Assembly: GCA_963727445.1 (NCBI GenBank)
Contig: CAVSGI010000011.1
Location: 96,001 to 160,000, forward strand
Direction: 5' to 3'
Length of the DNA: 64,000 nucleotides
Origin: an uncultured delta proteobacterium
GTDB lineage: Bacteria > Myxococcota_A > Polyangia > Polyangiales > B10-G4
Under the pieces are notes generated by a model. It worked only from the letters and a program-made list of their open reading frames with translations. It was not told the DNA's origin and did no database searches. The translations under genes were made by a program, and so were the position numbers. How positions within the stretch are numbered: the first letter of the stretch is position 1; the number at the start of each line of letters is the position of its first letter. Below are positions 31,497 to 42,354 of the stretch, piece by piece.

Positions 31497-32897
31497 ATGA
31501 ACGAGCTTACGATCCTTCGCGCCGCTGCCATCGCGCTGGCGCTTCCATTTTTCGTGACGGCCTGCGGCGACGACGGAGGCACGACCACCGACGCAGCCAT
31601 GGACGGCACCACCGACACCGGCACCACCATGGGTGACGGTGGGGGAGACGGCGGAGGGGACGGGGGTAGCGTCGACTGCGCCACGGCGGCCGACGGCACG
31701 GCGTGCGGAGGCAACCTCATCTGCGTCGGCGGCGACTGCCAGCCCAGCAGCTGCGGCGACGGCTACGTGGACATGGACGCGGGCGAGGGCTGCGACGACG
31801 GCAACAGCGTGCCCGGCGACGGATGCGAGCCGGAGAGTTGCCAGCTCACCTGCACCGAGGATGCGAACTGCGACGATGGCGACCCCTGTAACGGCGCCGA
31901 GACCTGCAACGTCTCGCTGAACCGCTGTCAGGCCGGCAGCCCGATGCCGGGCACCCCGTGCACGCAGGACGACGGGAGCGACGGCGTGTGCTCCGGCTTG
32001 CTCTGCGCGGCGCCTGGCTGCGGCAACGACGTGGTCGACGGCAGCGAAGAGTGCGACGACGGGGCCAACGGCGACAACGCCGACGGCTGCCGTGACGACT
32101 GCACCTTCACCTGCGACATGGACAGCCCCTGCTCCGACAGCAACGCCTGCAACGGGGAAGAGGATTGCGACCTCACGACCCACACCTGCATGGCCGGCAC
32201 GGCCCTCGATTGCGACGACAGCGATCCGTGCACCGCGGACTCCTGCGACATGATGGCCGGCTGTGTCAATGACCTGATCGACGGTGACGGCGATGGCTAC
32301 GCCGCGCCGACCTGCACCACCAGTGGCCTGATGGGCGGCGACTGTGACGACAGCGACCCGACCGCCTATCCCGGCGCGCCGGAGGGCTGCGACATGGTCG
32401 ACAACGACTGCAACGGGATGGTCGACGACGGGACGGTCGACATCGATTGCCAGCGCGACCTCGACGGGGACGGGTACGGCAACGCCTTCGACGTCGTCAC
32501 CGCCTGCACCTGCCCCACGGGCTACATCCCCCCGCACCCGAGCGGCTCCACCGATTGCGACGACACCAACGCCAACGTCAATCCGGGTGTGACGACGTAT
32601 CACACGACGTATTACTGCCCGGGTGGCACCTCCTGCGATGCGACCACGGGTAGCTACGACTGGAACTGCTCGGGCACGGAGGAGAAGCAGTATGGCTCCA
32701 CGTCGACGGGTTGCGCGTTCAGCTGCCTCGGCGGCTTCTGCTACTGCCGCGGCAGCGGCTGGACCCTGTCCTCGGTGCCGGCGTGCGGCAATCCGCCCTT
32801 CTTCATCATCGGTGGACACAACTACCGCAACTGCGGGGCTTCCGGCATCAGCCTCTGTGCCGAGACCCTGGTCAATCGACGCCAGGCTTGCCGCTGA
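31497..32897 (+). CDS. Cys-rich lipoprotein with Myxococcus Cys-rich repeats and putative metal-binding (MopE-like) motifs
   Basis: VTA-C lipobox, CGDG/CDDG repeats, DCDD..YPGA.E.CD.VDNDCNG.VDD. Confidence 0.87.
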   Translation: MNELTILRAAAIALALPFFVTACGDDGGTTTDAAMDGTTDTGTTMGDGGGDGGGDGGSVDCATAADGTACGGNLICVGGDCQPSSCGDGYVDMDAGEGCDDGNSVPGDGCEPESCQLTCTEDANCDDGDPCNGAETCNVSLNRCQAGSPMPGTPCTQDDGSDGVCSGLLCAAPGCGNDVVDGSEECDDGANGDNADGCRDDCTFTCDMDSPCSDSNACNGEEDCDLTTHTCMAGTALDCDDSDPCTADSCDMMAGCVNDLIDGDGDGYAAPTCTTSGLMGGDCDDSDPTAYPGAPEGCDMVDNDCNGMVDDGTVDIDCQRDLDGDGYGNAFDVVTACTCPTGYIPPHPSGSTDCDDTNANVNPGVTTYHTTYYCPGGTSCDATTGSYDWNCSGTEEKQYGSTSTGCAFSCLGGFCYCRGSGWTLSSVPACGNPPFFIIGGHNYRNCGASGISLCAETLVNRRQACR

Positions 32898-32903
32898 GCT
32901 GAA

Positions 32904-34271
32904 GTGATGACCCGTTCACTCGTGCTGGTCGCCGTGGCCATGGCCGTGCTCGGCTCGGGCTGCGGCGACGACGGCTCTCCTCCCGCCGATGGTGGCGGTG
33001 ACGCCACCGTCGACAGCGCCGCCGACGGCTCGATGGATTCCGGCATGCTTCCGAGCTGCGCGGGGATCGGCGACGGCGCCTCTTGCGGCGACGGCTTCAT
33101 CTGTCTGTCGAGCGTGTGCGGGCCGAGCCGCTGCGGTGACGGCTTCGTCGACACGGAGCGTGGTGAGTCCTGCGACGACGGCAACGCCATCAACGGGGAC
33201 GGGTGCGACGACGACTGCACGGCGACATGCGCTGCCGACGCCGACTGTGACGACGGCGACCCGTGCAACGGCGCCGAGACGTGCACCGACGCACGCTGCG
33301 TCCTGGGCCTGGTGCCCGCGGACGGCACCGCAACCTGCACCACGGCTGGCGGCGGCACCGACGGGACTTGCTACGGCGGCCTGTGCTCCCCGCCGGACTG
33401 CGGCAACGGCATGGTCGACACCGACGAGGATTGCGACGACGGCCGCAACGGCAACAACGACGACGGGTGCCGAGACGACTGCACCTTCACCTGCACCGAC
33501 GACACGAGCTGCGATGACGGCGACGCCTGTAACGGCGCGGAGACGTGCGATGCGACGGCGCATACGTGCACGAATCCCGACGACCTCGACTGCGATGACG
33601 CCGACGATTGCACCGCGGACTCCTGCGACACGGAGACCGGGTGCATCAACGCGCTCATCGACGGAGACATGGACGGCTACGCGGCGCCCACCTGCACCAC
33701 CGCCGGTCTCATGGGTGACGACTGCGACGACGCGGATGACACGGTCTACCCGGGGGCGCCCGAGCTCTGCGACATGGTCGACAACGACTGCAACATGATG
33801 GTCGACGACGGCACAGCCGACGTGACCTGCCTCAGGGATCAGGACGGCGACGGTTATGGCGACGCGACCATGTCCATGAGCGCGTGCTCCTGTCCGATGG
33901 GCTACATCCCGCCACGCCCCGACATGGAGGTCGACTGCGAAGACGTCGGCTCGGTCGCAGCGAGCATCAACCCCGGCCAGATGACCTATTCGCCCGTCGG
34001 CTATTGCGCCGGCGGCGCGGTCTGCACACCCGCTGACGTCTCCTACGACTGGAACTGCGACACGATGGAGGAGCAGCGTTGGACCCGGACCAATGTCTTC
34101 GCGTGCGTTCTGGGTGGTGGAGCATGCCGCGGCGGTGGCTGGACCGGGGCGACGGTACCCGCCTGCGGTGAGATGGCGGAGTTCCGAACCTGCGCCATCG
34201 TGATGGGCCCGGGCGGTATCTTGTCCTGCTCCGAGACCGGCCTGGGGATGCGTACGCAGGAGTGCCGCTGA
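32904..34271 (+). CDS. Paralogous Cys-rich lipoprotein with the same architecture as 31497..32897
   Basis: GSG-C lipobox; shared GYAAPTCTT.GLMG.DCDD, YDWNC..EE, C-terminal Q.CR. Confidence 0.87.
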   Translation: MMTRSLVLVAVAMAVLGSGCGDDGSPPADGGGDATVDSAADGSMDSGMLPSCAGIGDGASCGDGFICLSSVCGPSRCGDGFVDTERGESCDDGNAINGDGCDDDCTATCAADADCDDGDPCNGAETCTDARCVLGLVPADGTATCTTAGGGTDGTCYGGLCSPPDCGNGMVDTDEDCDDGRNGNNDDGCRDDCTFTCTDDTSCDDGDACNGAETCDATAHTCTNPDDLDCDDADDCTADSCDTETGCINALIDGDMDGYAAPTCTTAGLMGDDCDDADDTVYPGAPELCDMVDNDCNMMVDDGTADVTCLRDQDGDGYGDATMSMSACSCPMGYIPPRPDMEVDCEDVGSVAASINPGQMTYSPVGYCAGGAVCTPADVSYDWNCDTMEEQRWTRTNVFACVLGGGACRGGGWTGATVPACGEMAEFRTCAIVMGPGGILSCSETGLGMRTQECR

Positions 34272-34323
34272 ACGGCCGGATTTCGCCCGTTCTAGCGCGC
34301 TCTTCACCTGCTAGACTGCCCGG

Positions 34324-35439
34324 GTGTCCCTGAAGATCGATCAGGACCATTCGCGCTTCCGCCAGATCGTTCGCGGAAAGATCCGCAAGAACCTGCGGAA
34401 GTACATCTCGCAGGGCGAGCTGATCGGCAAGCAGGGCAAGGACCTGGTCTCGATCCCGATTCCGCAGATCGACATCCCGCGCTTCCGTTTCGCCGACAAG
34501 CAGCAGGGCGGCGTGGGGCAGGGCGACGGCGAGCCGGGGCGATCCGCTCTCCGGGCAGGAGGGCGAGGGCGACGGCGCGGGCCAGGCGGGTCAGGACGCC
34601 GGCGAGCACGTGCTCGAGGTCGACGTCACCCTCGACGAGCTCGCCGAGATCCTCGGCGAGGAGCTCGAGCTGCCGAACATCGAGAACCGCGGCAAGAGCA
34701 CCATCATCGACAAGAAGGACCGCTACGTCGGCATCCGCCGCGTCGGTCCGAACTCGCTCCGCCACTTCAAGCGCACCTACCGCAAGCGCGCTGCGGCGCC
34801 AGATCGCATCGGGCACCTACAACCCGAAGCACCCCATCATCATCCCGACCCGCGAGGACATGCGCTACCGCTCGTGGAAGACCGAAGAGGAGCCGGTCGC
34901 CAACGCGGTCATCATCTACATGATGGACGTCTCGGGCTCGATGGGGGACGAGCAGAAGGAGATCGTCCGCATCGAGTCCTTCTGGATCGATGCCTGGCTG
35001 CACCAAGCAGTACAAGGGCATCGAGACGCGCTTCATCATCCACGACGCCGTCGCGCGCGAGGTCGACCGCGAGACCTTCTTCCGCACGCGCGAGTCGGGC
35101 GGCACCATGATCTCGAGCGCCTACAAGCTCTGCAGCCAGATCATCGAGGAGGACTATCCCGCCGGGCGAGTGGAACATCTACCCCTTCCACTTCTCCGAC
35201 GGCGACAACTGGAGCGTGGACGACACGCTGCTTTGCATCGACCTGCTCAAGAACAAGCTCCTGCCGGCCTCCAACGTGTTCTGCTTACGGTCAGGTCGAG
35301 AGCCCCTACGGCTCCGGGCAGTTCATCAAGGACCTCCGCGAGCACCTCAAGGAAGACGACCGGATCATCACCAGCGAGATCCGCGACCGCGACGCCATCG
35401 TCGACTCGATCCGCGAGTTCCTCGGGCAAGGGGAAGTGA
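34324..35439 (+). CDS. yeaH: YeaH/YhbH (DUF444) vWA-like protein, multiply frameshifted in this sequence
   Basis: [42 protein letters not shown] distributed over several frames. Confidence 0.85.
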
Positions 35440-35443
35440 CGCG

Positions 35444-37010
35444 ATGGGCAAGTTCGCTCTCAAGACTCAGCTCCCCGGCTACCTGTGGGACGAGCAGATG
35501 GCGATCGAGGAGATCGCTCGCGGCTACGGGCTCGACTTCTTCCCGACCATCTTCGAGGTCGCTCGAGCTACGACCAGATGAACGAGGTCGCGGCCTACGG
35601 CGGCTTCCCGACGCGCTATCCGCATTGGCGCTTCGGCATGGAGTACGAGCAGCTCGAGCAAGAGCAGCGAGTACGGCCTGTCGAAGATCTACGAGATGGT
35701 GATCAACAACAACCCGGCCATCGCCTATCTGCTCGAGGGCAACAGCCTGGTCGATCAGAAGCTGGTCATGGCGCACGTGTACGCGCACGTCGACTTCTTC
35801 AAGAACAACTTCACCTTCGCGACGACCAACCAGGGCGTCGATCCACAGACCGGCGAGCCGATCCGCAAGTGGATCGACACCATGGCCAACCACGGCGCCG
35901 TCGTGCGCCGCTGGGCGAACCGCGTCGGCATCGAGAAGGTCGAGGCGTTCATCGACAGCTGCCTGAGCCTCGAGAACCTCATCGACCCCAACGAAGCCCT
36001 TCACCCGCCCAAGCGCTCCGTGACCGAGGACAAGAACGAGATCGACGGCGCGGAAGAGGCGCTGCCCGAGGAGCTGGCGCTCCTCCGAGTCGATCACGAC
36101 TACATGGAGTCCTACATCAACCCGGAGGAGTTCATCGACGCCCAGCGGGAGAAGCTCGAGGCCGAGCGCGAGAAGCAGGAGCGGAAGTTCCCGGAGAGCC
36201 CCGACCGCGACGTGCTGGGCTTCCTGCTCGAGCACGCGCCGCTCGAGCGCTGGGAGCGCGACATCCTCGACGGTCATCCGGCGCGAGGCCTACTACTTCT
36301 GGCCGCAGATGCAGACCAAGATCATGAACGAGGGCTGGGCCTTCGTACTGGCACTCGCGGATGATGACCGAGAAGGTCTGCGACGTCGGCGAGATCATCG
36401 AGTACGCCGACCGCTGCGCGTCGGTGCTGGCCACCGACGGCAAGGCCGCTGAACCCCTACAAGCTCGGCGTCGAGCTCTATCCGGCACATCGAGGAGCGC
36501 TGGGACAAGGGGCAGTTCGGCAAGGAGTGGGATGAGTGCGACGACCTCGAGGCACGCCAGCAACTGGGACCGCCGCACGGGCTCGGGACGCAAGAAGATC
36601 TTCGAGGTCCGCGCGCTCTACAACGACGTGACCTTCATCGACGAGTTCCTCACCCCGGACTTCGTCGTCGACCAGAAGCTCTACACCTTCGGTTTCAACC
36701 AGCGCAACGACCGCTGGGAGATCGAGACGCGGCAGTTCGAGGAGGTGAAGCAGAAGCTGCTCTTCTCGCCTCACGAACGCCGGGCAGCCCTTCATCTACG
36801 TGACGGACACCAACCACGAGAACCGCGGTGAGCTCCTGCTCGCGCACGACCACCAGGGCATCGACCTGCGCCTCGACTACGCGCGCGAGGTGCTCACGTC
36901 GATCGTGCGCGTGTGGCGGCGCCCGGTGGAGATCCACACCATGGTCGATGGTAAGCCTGCGCTGATGCGCTTCGACGGGAGCGAGCACGTCCAGCGCCCG
37001 CTGAAGTGCA
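35444..37010 (+). CDS. spoVR: SpoVR/YcgB family protein, multiply frameshifted; 3' end approximate
   Basis: [60 protein letters not shown] across frames. Confidence 0.85.
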
Positions 37011-37607
37011 GCTGGACTGCGCCGGCGCAGTTCTCGACCAGGAAGGTCGCGGGCGCGTTGCGATCGCGGGCGCGTGCACCTCGCGCGCGATCGTCGGGTC
37101 GAGGCCGAGGGGGAGCCCCACGCACTGGATGCTGCCCTGAAGCGTCGGGCCGTTCATCGACTCCCCGAACATGATGTCGAACAGCGGCAGGGGATCGGAC
37201 ATCCGGTGGGCGGGTCGTCGCCACAGCTGTCCGGCGGCACGTTGCCGCCCACCGCACCGGTGTAGGCGCTGTCGTCCTCGGTCACGGTGATCTGGCCGTT
37301 GCCCACGGGGCCGCCGCTCTTGCTCACGACGTTGTTTCGGAGCTGCAACCCGTAGTCCGCGCCCGTCTGGTTGTCGAAGCTCAAGTCCAGCAGCCACTGA
37401 TCGCCGGCGTCGGTGACGGTGCAGGAGATCGAGTTGCCGTCCTGGCCGATCCAGGGTCTCGATCATGCGCGCGGGGATGCCGGAGCATCCGCCGGTCGTT
37501 CGCGCACGACACCTGGTAGTTCAGGACCATGAACAACGGCAGTGTCACCGCCGCCAGCAGGCGGTGAGGGTCGGACGCGATCGCGACGACCGAAGTAGGC
37601 TAAGCAT
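37010..37607 (-). CDS. Probable exported protein or lipoprotein, multiply frameshifted; limits approximate
   Basis: Coding-like fragments in ORFs 37154..37384, 36894..37466 and 36877..37257; LTAC-like lipobox near 37560. Confidence 0.4.
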
Positions 37608-37717
37608 TCAGCGCTCTCCCAGCGGACCTCGTCCGTGCGGTCCGCGAGAGTCCCTCTGGGGCGCCGCCAGGCTAGCAACCCGATCGGGCGGGCCGTCCAA
37701 TTCGGATCCCTTCGAGC

Positions 37718-38888
<1,171 letters not shown>

Positions 38889-38929
38889 GGGAGGGGACTC
38901 TCGCACACTGCTAACCTCTGAGCACGACC

Positions 38930-40579
38930 GTGGAGTCACCCCGTCAAAACGTCGTCGTCGGAGGGCGATATCGCCTCGAGGAGCGCCTCGAGTCCGGAGG
39001 GATGGGGACCATCTGGGCGGCGAAGGACGAGCGCTCGGGCTCCAAGGTCGCGGTGAAGGTGATCAACGAGGAGCTGGCGCGGGACGCGAGCCTGAGGGAG
39101 CGATTCCGGCGCGAGGCCATGGCCGCGGCCGCGCTCAACAACCCCCACATCGTCCGCACCCTCGACTTCGGCCGGGAGGAGGACGGGCGGTCGTGGATGG
39201 TCATGGAGTACGTCGAGGGGGAGACCCTCTCCGAGGCCATGAAGCGGGAAGCGCCGATCGCGCAGCGGCGCGTGGTGTTCATCGCGGCGCAGATCCTCGA
39301 CGCGCTCGCGGCGACCCACGACGCCGGCATCGTTCACCGCGATCTGAAGCCGCCCAACATCCTGCTCACGGAGATCGCCGGGGTGAAGGACGCGGTGAAG
39401 CTCATGGACTTCGGCATCGCCAAGCTCATGGAGTCGGAGGCGTACCAGCGGCTCACCAAGACCGGGCAGATCGTGGGGACGCCTGCGTTCATGGCGCCCG
39501 AGCAGGCGCGTGGCGACGAGATCGACGGGCGCGCCGACCTCTATGCGCTCGGCGTCGTGATGTACAGCGCCCTCGCCAATCGCCTGCCCTACGAGCACGA
39601 GAACAACGCCGAGCTGCTGATCGCGATCCAGGAGCGCGCGCCGACGCCGCTGCCCGAGGTGGCGGTGGCCGTGCAGCCGGAGCTGTGGACCGAGGTGATC
39701 GCGCCTGCGCTCGCCAAGAATCCGGACGATCGCTTTCAGAACGCCCACGAGATGCAGGCCGCGCTCAAACCGTTCCTCCGCGCGCGGACCGGGGACATGC
39801 AGGAGATCCGCGCGGCGGACCTCGAAGCCGCCGAGACGCAGCCGAGACCGGTGGTGCCCGCGCCGGCGGAGCTCGCGCGGACGCGCCCCAAGTCGAGCCA
39901 GAGCTCGCGGCCCGCGCCGGCGGCGCCCGCGTCGCCCTTCGCTCGCCTCTCTCTGGTCGCGGCGGTGGCGCTGATCAGCCTGGTGCTCCTGGTCGGCATG
40001 GCCGTGGGGGTCTTTCTGACACTCACCTTCCTCGTGGGCGCCGACGATGGCGGTGTGGCCAGCGATCCTTCGGGTCCCCAGGCCGTCCAGGTTCCGTCAA
40101 ACACCTCCGATGGGCCCGTTGCTGCCGATCCAGCGATGAACGAGGAGCGCGTGGTCGACGCGGGCGAGGAGGCGCAGTGGGCCACCGAGGGCGACGCCGA
40201 GGCGGGCGCGTCGATGCGCAGACGGCATCACCACATGGCGTCGATGGGCGCGAGCGATGACCGCACCTGTCAGGCGAACGTGGTGCTCGCGGCGGCGCAG
40301 TCCACCGGCTACCCGAGAGACGTGGCGCGCGCTGCCGCGCGCCCGCACGTGACGCGCGCCGCGCGATGTCTGCACGGGCGCCACCCGCGACAGGTGATGG
40401 TCACCCTCGACGTCGACGTCCGCGGCAACATCCTGTCGGCCACCGTCGGGGGTCCGCACACCGAGAGCGAGGCGAGCTGCATCGAGAGCATCTTCGCGCA
40501 TACGCGGTTGCCGGCGAGGCCGCAGGTGCCGGGGCCGCTTGTGTTGACGCTGGCCGCGGCGGGGTGCGTGGGGGACTGA
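38930..40579 (+). CDS. Membrane Ser/Thr protein kinase with C-terminal AgmX/PglI (TonB_C)-like domain
   Basis: SGGMG, HRDLKPPN, DFG, GTPAFMAPE, TM, RC...VTLDVDVRG...SCI. Confidence 0.92.
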   Translation: MESPRQNVVVGGRYRLEERLESGGMGTIWAAKDERSGSKVAVKVINEELARDASLRERFRREAMAAAALNNPHIVRTLDFGREEDGRSWMVMEYVEGETLSEAMKREAPIAQRRVVFIAAQILDALAATHDAGIVHRDLKPPNILLTEIAGVKDAVKLMDFGIAKLMESEAYQRLTKTGQIVGTPAFMAPEQARGDEIDGRADLYALGVVMYSALANRLPYEHENNAELLIAIQERAPTPLPEVAVAVQPELWTEVIAPALAKNPDDRFQNAHEMQAALKPFLRARTGDMQEIRAADLEAAETQPRPVVPAPAELARTRPKSSQSSRPAPAAPASPFARLSLVAAVALISLVLLVGMAVGVFLTLTFLVGADDGGVASDPSGPQAVQVPSNTSDGPVAADPAMNEERVVDAGEEAQWATEGDAEAGASMRRRHHHMASMGASDDRTCQANVVLAAAQSTGYPRDVARAAARPHVTRAARCLHGRHPRQVMVTLDVDVRGNILSATVGGPHTESEASCIESIFAHTRLPARPQVPGPLVLTLAAAGCVGD

Positions 40580-40590
40580 GCGGGCGGAGC

Positions 40591-40680
40591 GCGTTCGCGT
40601 TCGCGTTGGCGTTTACGTTTGCGTTTGCGTTCGCGTTGGCGTTCGCGTTTACGTTTACGTTTGCGTTTGCGTTTACGTTC
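40591..40680 (+). repeat. 15 tandem hexamers RCGTTB, intergenic
   Basis: GCGTTC/GCGTTG/GCGTTT/ACGTTT/ACGTTC read directly. Confidence 0.95.
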
Positions 40681-40731
40681 GCAAGTCGGCTCTTCTTCGC
40701 TTCGCTCGAACTCGCCTGCGAGTGGGCGGGG

Positions 40732-40883
40732 GCTCCTTTGCTCGGGTGACGCCGAGGGTGCCGCCGTGCTCGGCCGCGTCAAGGCTCGGCCCCCCAGGGG
40801 GGCCGCCCGCGCTTCGCGCGGCTGAAGGCCTTGACCCGGCCTGCGCGCGGCGGCGGGGGGCGGCTTTTCGCGAGCAAAGGAGC
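40732..40883. promoter_or_regulatory. Branched ~150-nt hairpin that sequesters the RBS of the downstream gene (Frpo/ssi-like)
   Basis: Nested stems 40732-44/40871-83, 40760-69/40845-54 and 40772-85/40828-41, capped by hairpins 40787-805 and 40807-21. Confidence 0.75.
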
Positions 40884-40889
40884 TCAACC

Positions 40890-41218
40890 ATGAAAGACTT
40901 CAAGTGCTATCAACTCTCTTTGGATGCTGTGCGGCTGGTGCGGCCTCTGATCGAGCGCATCGAGAGGCATGACCGAGACCTGGGGCGTCAGCTGAGGCGG
41001 TGTTTGACAAGCGTGCCGCTGAACGTCGCGGAGGGCAGCCGGTCGGCGGGGAGGAATCGGGGGGCTCGCTATGCGCGAACGCCATGGGCTCAGCCCGAGA
41101 GGCGATCGCGTGTCTCGAGACCGCCCAGGCCCTCGGCTATCTGGGAGCTGACGAGCTACCCGTGGCGATCGACGAGCTCCACCACGTCGTCGCTATCCTC
41201 TTCAACCTCTGCCGTTGA
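40890..41218 (+). CDS. Four-helix-bundle protein (23S rRNA-IVP/Avd-like family) with a 2-nt frameshift near 41075
   Basis: YQLS..DLGRQLRR..SVPLNVAEG, then AMGSARE..CLETAQALGY in the shifted frame; AAGGAG RBS. Confidence 0.85.
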
Positions 41219-41228
41219 CTGACGGTGT

Positions 41229-41258
41229 CCGGACCTGGAGGCGCGTCTCCAGGTCCGG
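41229..41258. terminator. 12-bp perfect hairpin between convergent genes
   Basis: CCGGACCTGGAG-gcgcgt-CTCCAGGTCCGG; no clear U tract. Confidence 0.55.
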
Positions 41259-41270
41259 TTGTCGTTCTGC

Positions 41271-41834
41271 TCACCAGCCCGAGGTTCCGCTGTTGCCCTT
41301 GAAGGGGCCGACGAGCTCGGGGGTGATCCAGCCGCCGTAGAAATCGCCGGGCTGGGCGAGGACGCGGTGGTCGTCCACGTAGCAGGCGAAGAGGGCGGGG
41401 TAGAAGCTGAGGTACCCGGCCAGCGACGCGAAGTCGGCGAAAGGTTTCTCGTAGGACCAGGCGCCTTTCGCGACGCGCTGGCCGCCGGCCTCGACGTCCC
41501 AGTAGGTCGCCGTGCCCTTCCACTCGCAACGCGAAGAGCCTTGGGCGCGGTGGAAGTGCTCCATGCGCACGTCAGCTCTGGGGACGTAGAAGGTCGGCGG
41601 GTGCGAGGTCTCGAGCACGCGAACGGCGTTCCCGCTTTGGGCGATGACCACGCCCCCGAGCTCCACCCGCACCTCGCGTTCGTCGGCGACGAGCGCCGGC
41701 GGGCGCGGATAGTCCCAGACCGACTCCTGTCCCGGGCCCGGTGCGACGGCGAAGCTGGGTCGGGACGCGCCTACGTGCGTCCACTTTCTTCGCGCCAGCT
41801 CCGCCCACGTCGGAAGCTCTTCCCTCGTCGTCAT
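41271..41834 (-). CDS. DUF427 domain protein
   Basis: ESVWDYPRPP, VLETSHPPTFY, CEWKG.A.Y, FYGGWIT..GPFKG. Confidence 0.88.
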   Translation of the reverse strand: MTTREELPTWAELARRKWTHVGASRPSFAVAPGPGQESVWDYPRPPALVADEREVRVELGGVVIAQSGNAVRVLETSHPPTFYVPRADVRMEHFHRAQGSSRCEWKGTATYWDVEAGGQRVAKGAWSYEKPFADFASLAGYLSFYPALFACYVDDHRVLAQPGDFYGGWITPELVGPFKGNSGTSGW

Positions 41835-41871
41835 TCCGTGTCTCTGTGGACGGCCGACCGCGATGTAAAGC

Positions 41872-42327
41872 TCAGGCCTCGGACGCCTCACACGCCTGCC
41901 GCGTCACGCGGTGGCGGTATTCGAAGAGCCGCTGCAGCTGTCGCTCCGCGATGGGCTTGCCGAAGATCCGCCCGAGCACGCCCATGGGGAGCTCGTACTC
42001 GATGTCGTCTCGGAGCGCGCAGGTGTCTTCGTCGATGGGCGTCACGATGTGCCGATGCTCCCACGCGGCGAAGGGGCCTTCGATCAAGCGGTCGGCGAAC
42101 ATCCTGCCCGGCTCGTAGGCGACGTGCTCCGCGACCATCCGTTGCCAGAAGGGTCCGACCTTCACGCGGAGGATCACTGTCGTGCCGACCGCGAGTGACG
42201 ACGGTGGCTGAATGATCTCCGTCTTCTGCCAGGGAGGCTGCAAACGCTCGAAGGCGTCGGGCGTCTCGTGAAAGGCGAAGACCCTCTCGGCGCTGGCGTG
42301 GATGGTGCTTTCCTTCACGAATCTCAT
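41872..42327 (-). CDS. SRPBCC family protein
   Basis: VFAFHE..L.PPW, GPFAAWEHRH, LFEYRH. Confidence 0.85.
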   Translation of the reverse strand: MRFVKESTIHASAERVFAFHETPDAFERLQPPWQKTEIIQPPSSLAVGTTVILRVKVGPFWQRMVAEHVAYEPGRMFADRLIEGPFAAWEHRHIVTPIDEDTCALRDDIEYELPMGVLGRIFGKPIAERQLQRLFEYRHRVTRQACEASEA

Positions 42328-42354
42328 GTGGTGTGGTCCATGGGTCGTCGCCTC

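Noticed and set aside
40890..41218. Diversity-generating retroelement (Avd-like gene)
   Set aside because: No reverse transcriptase and no TR/VR pair with adenine-specific mismatches seen in the window.
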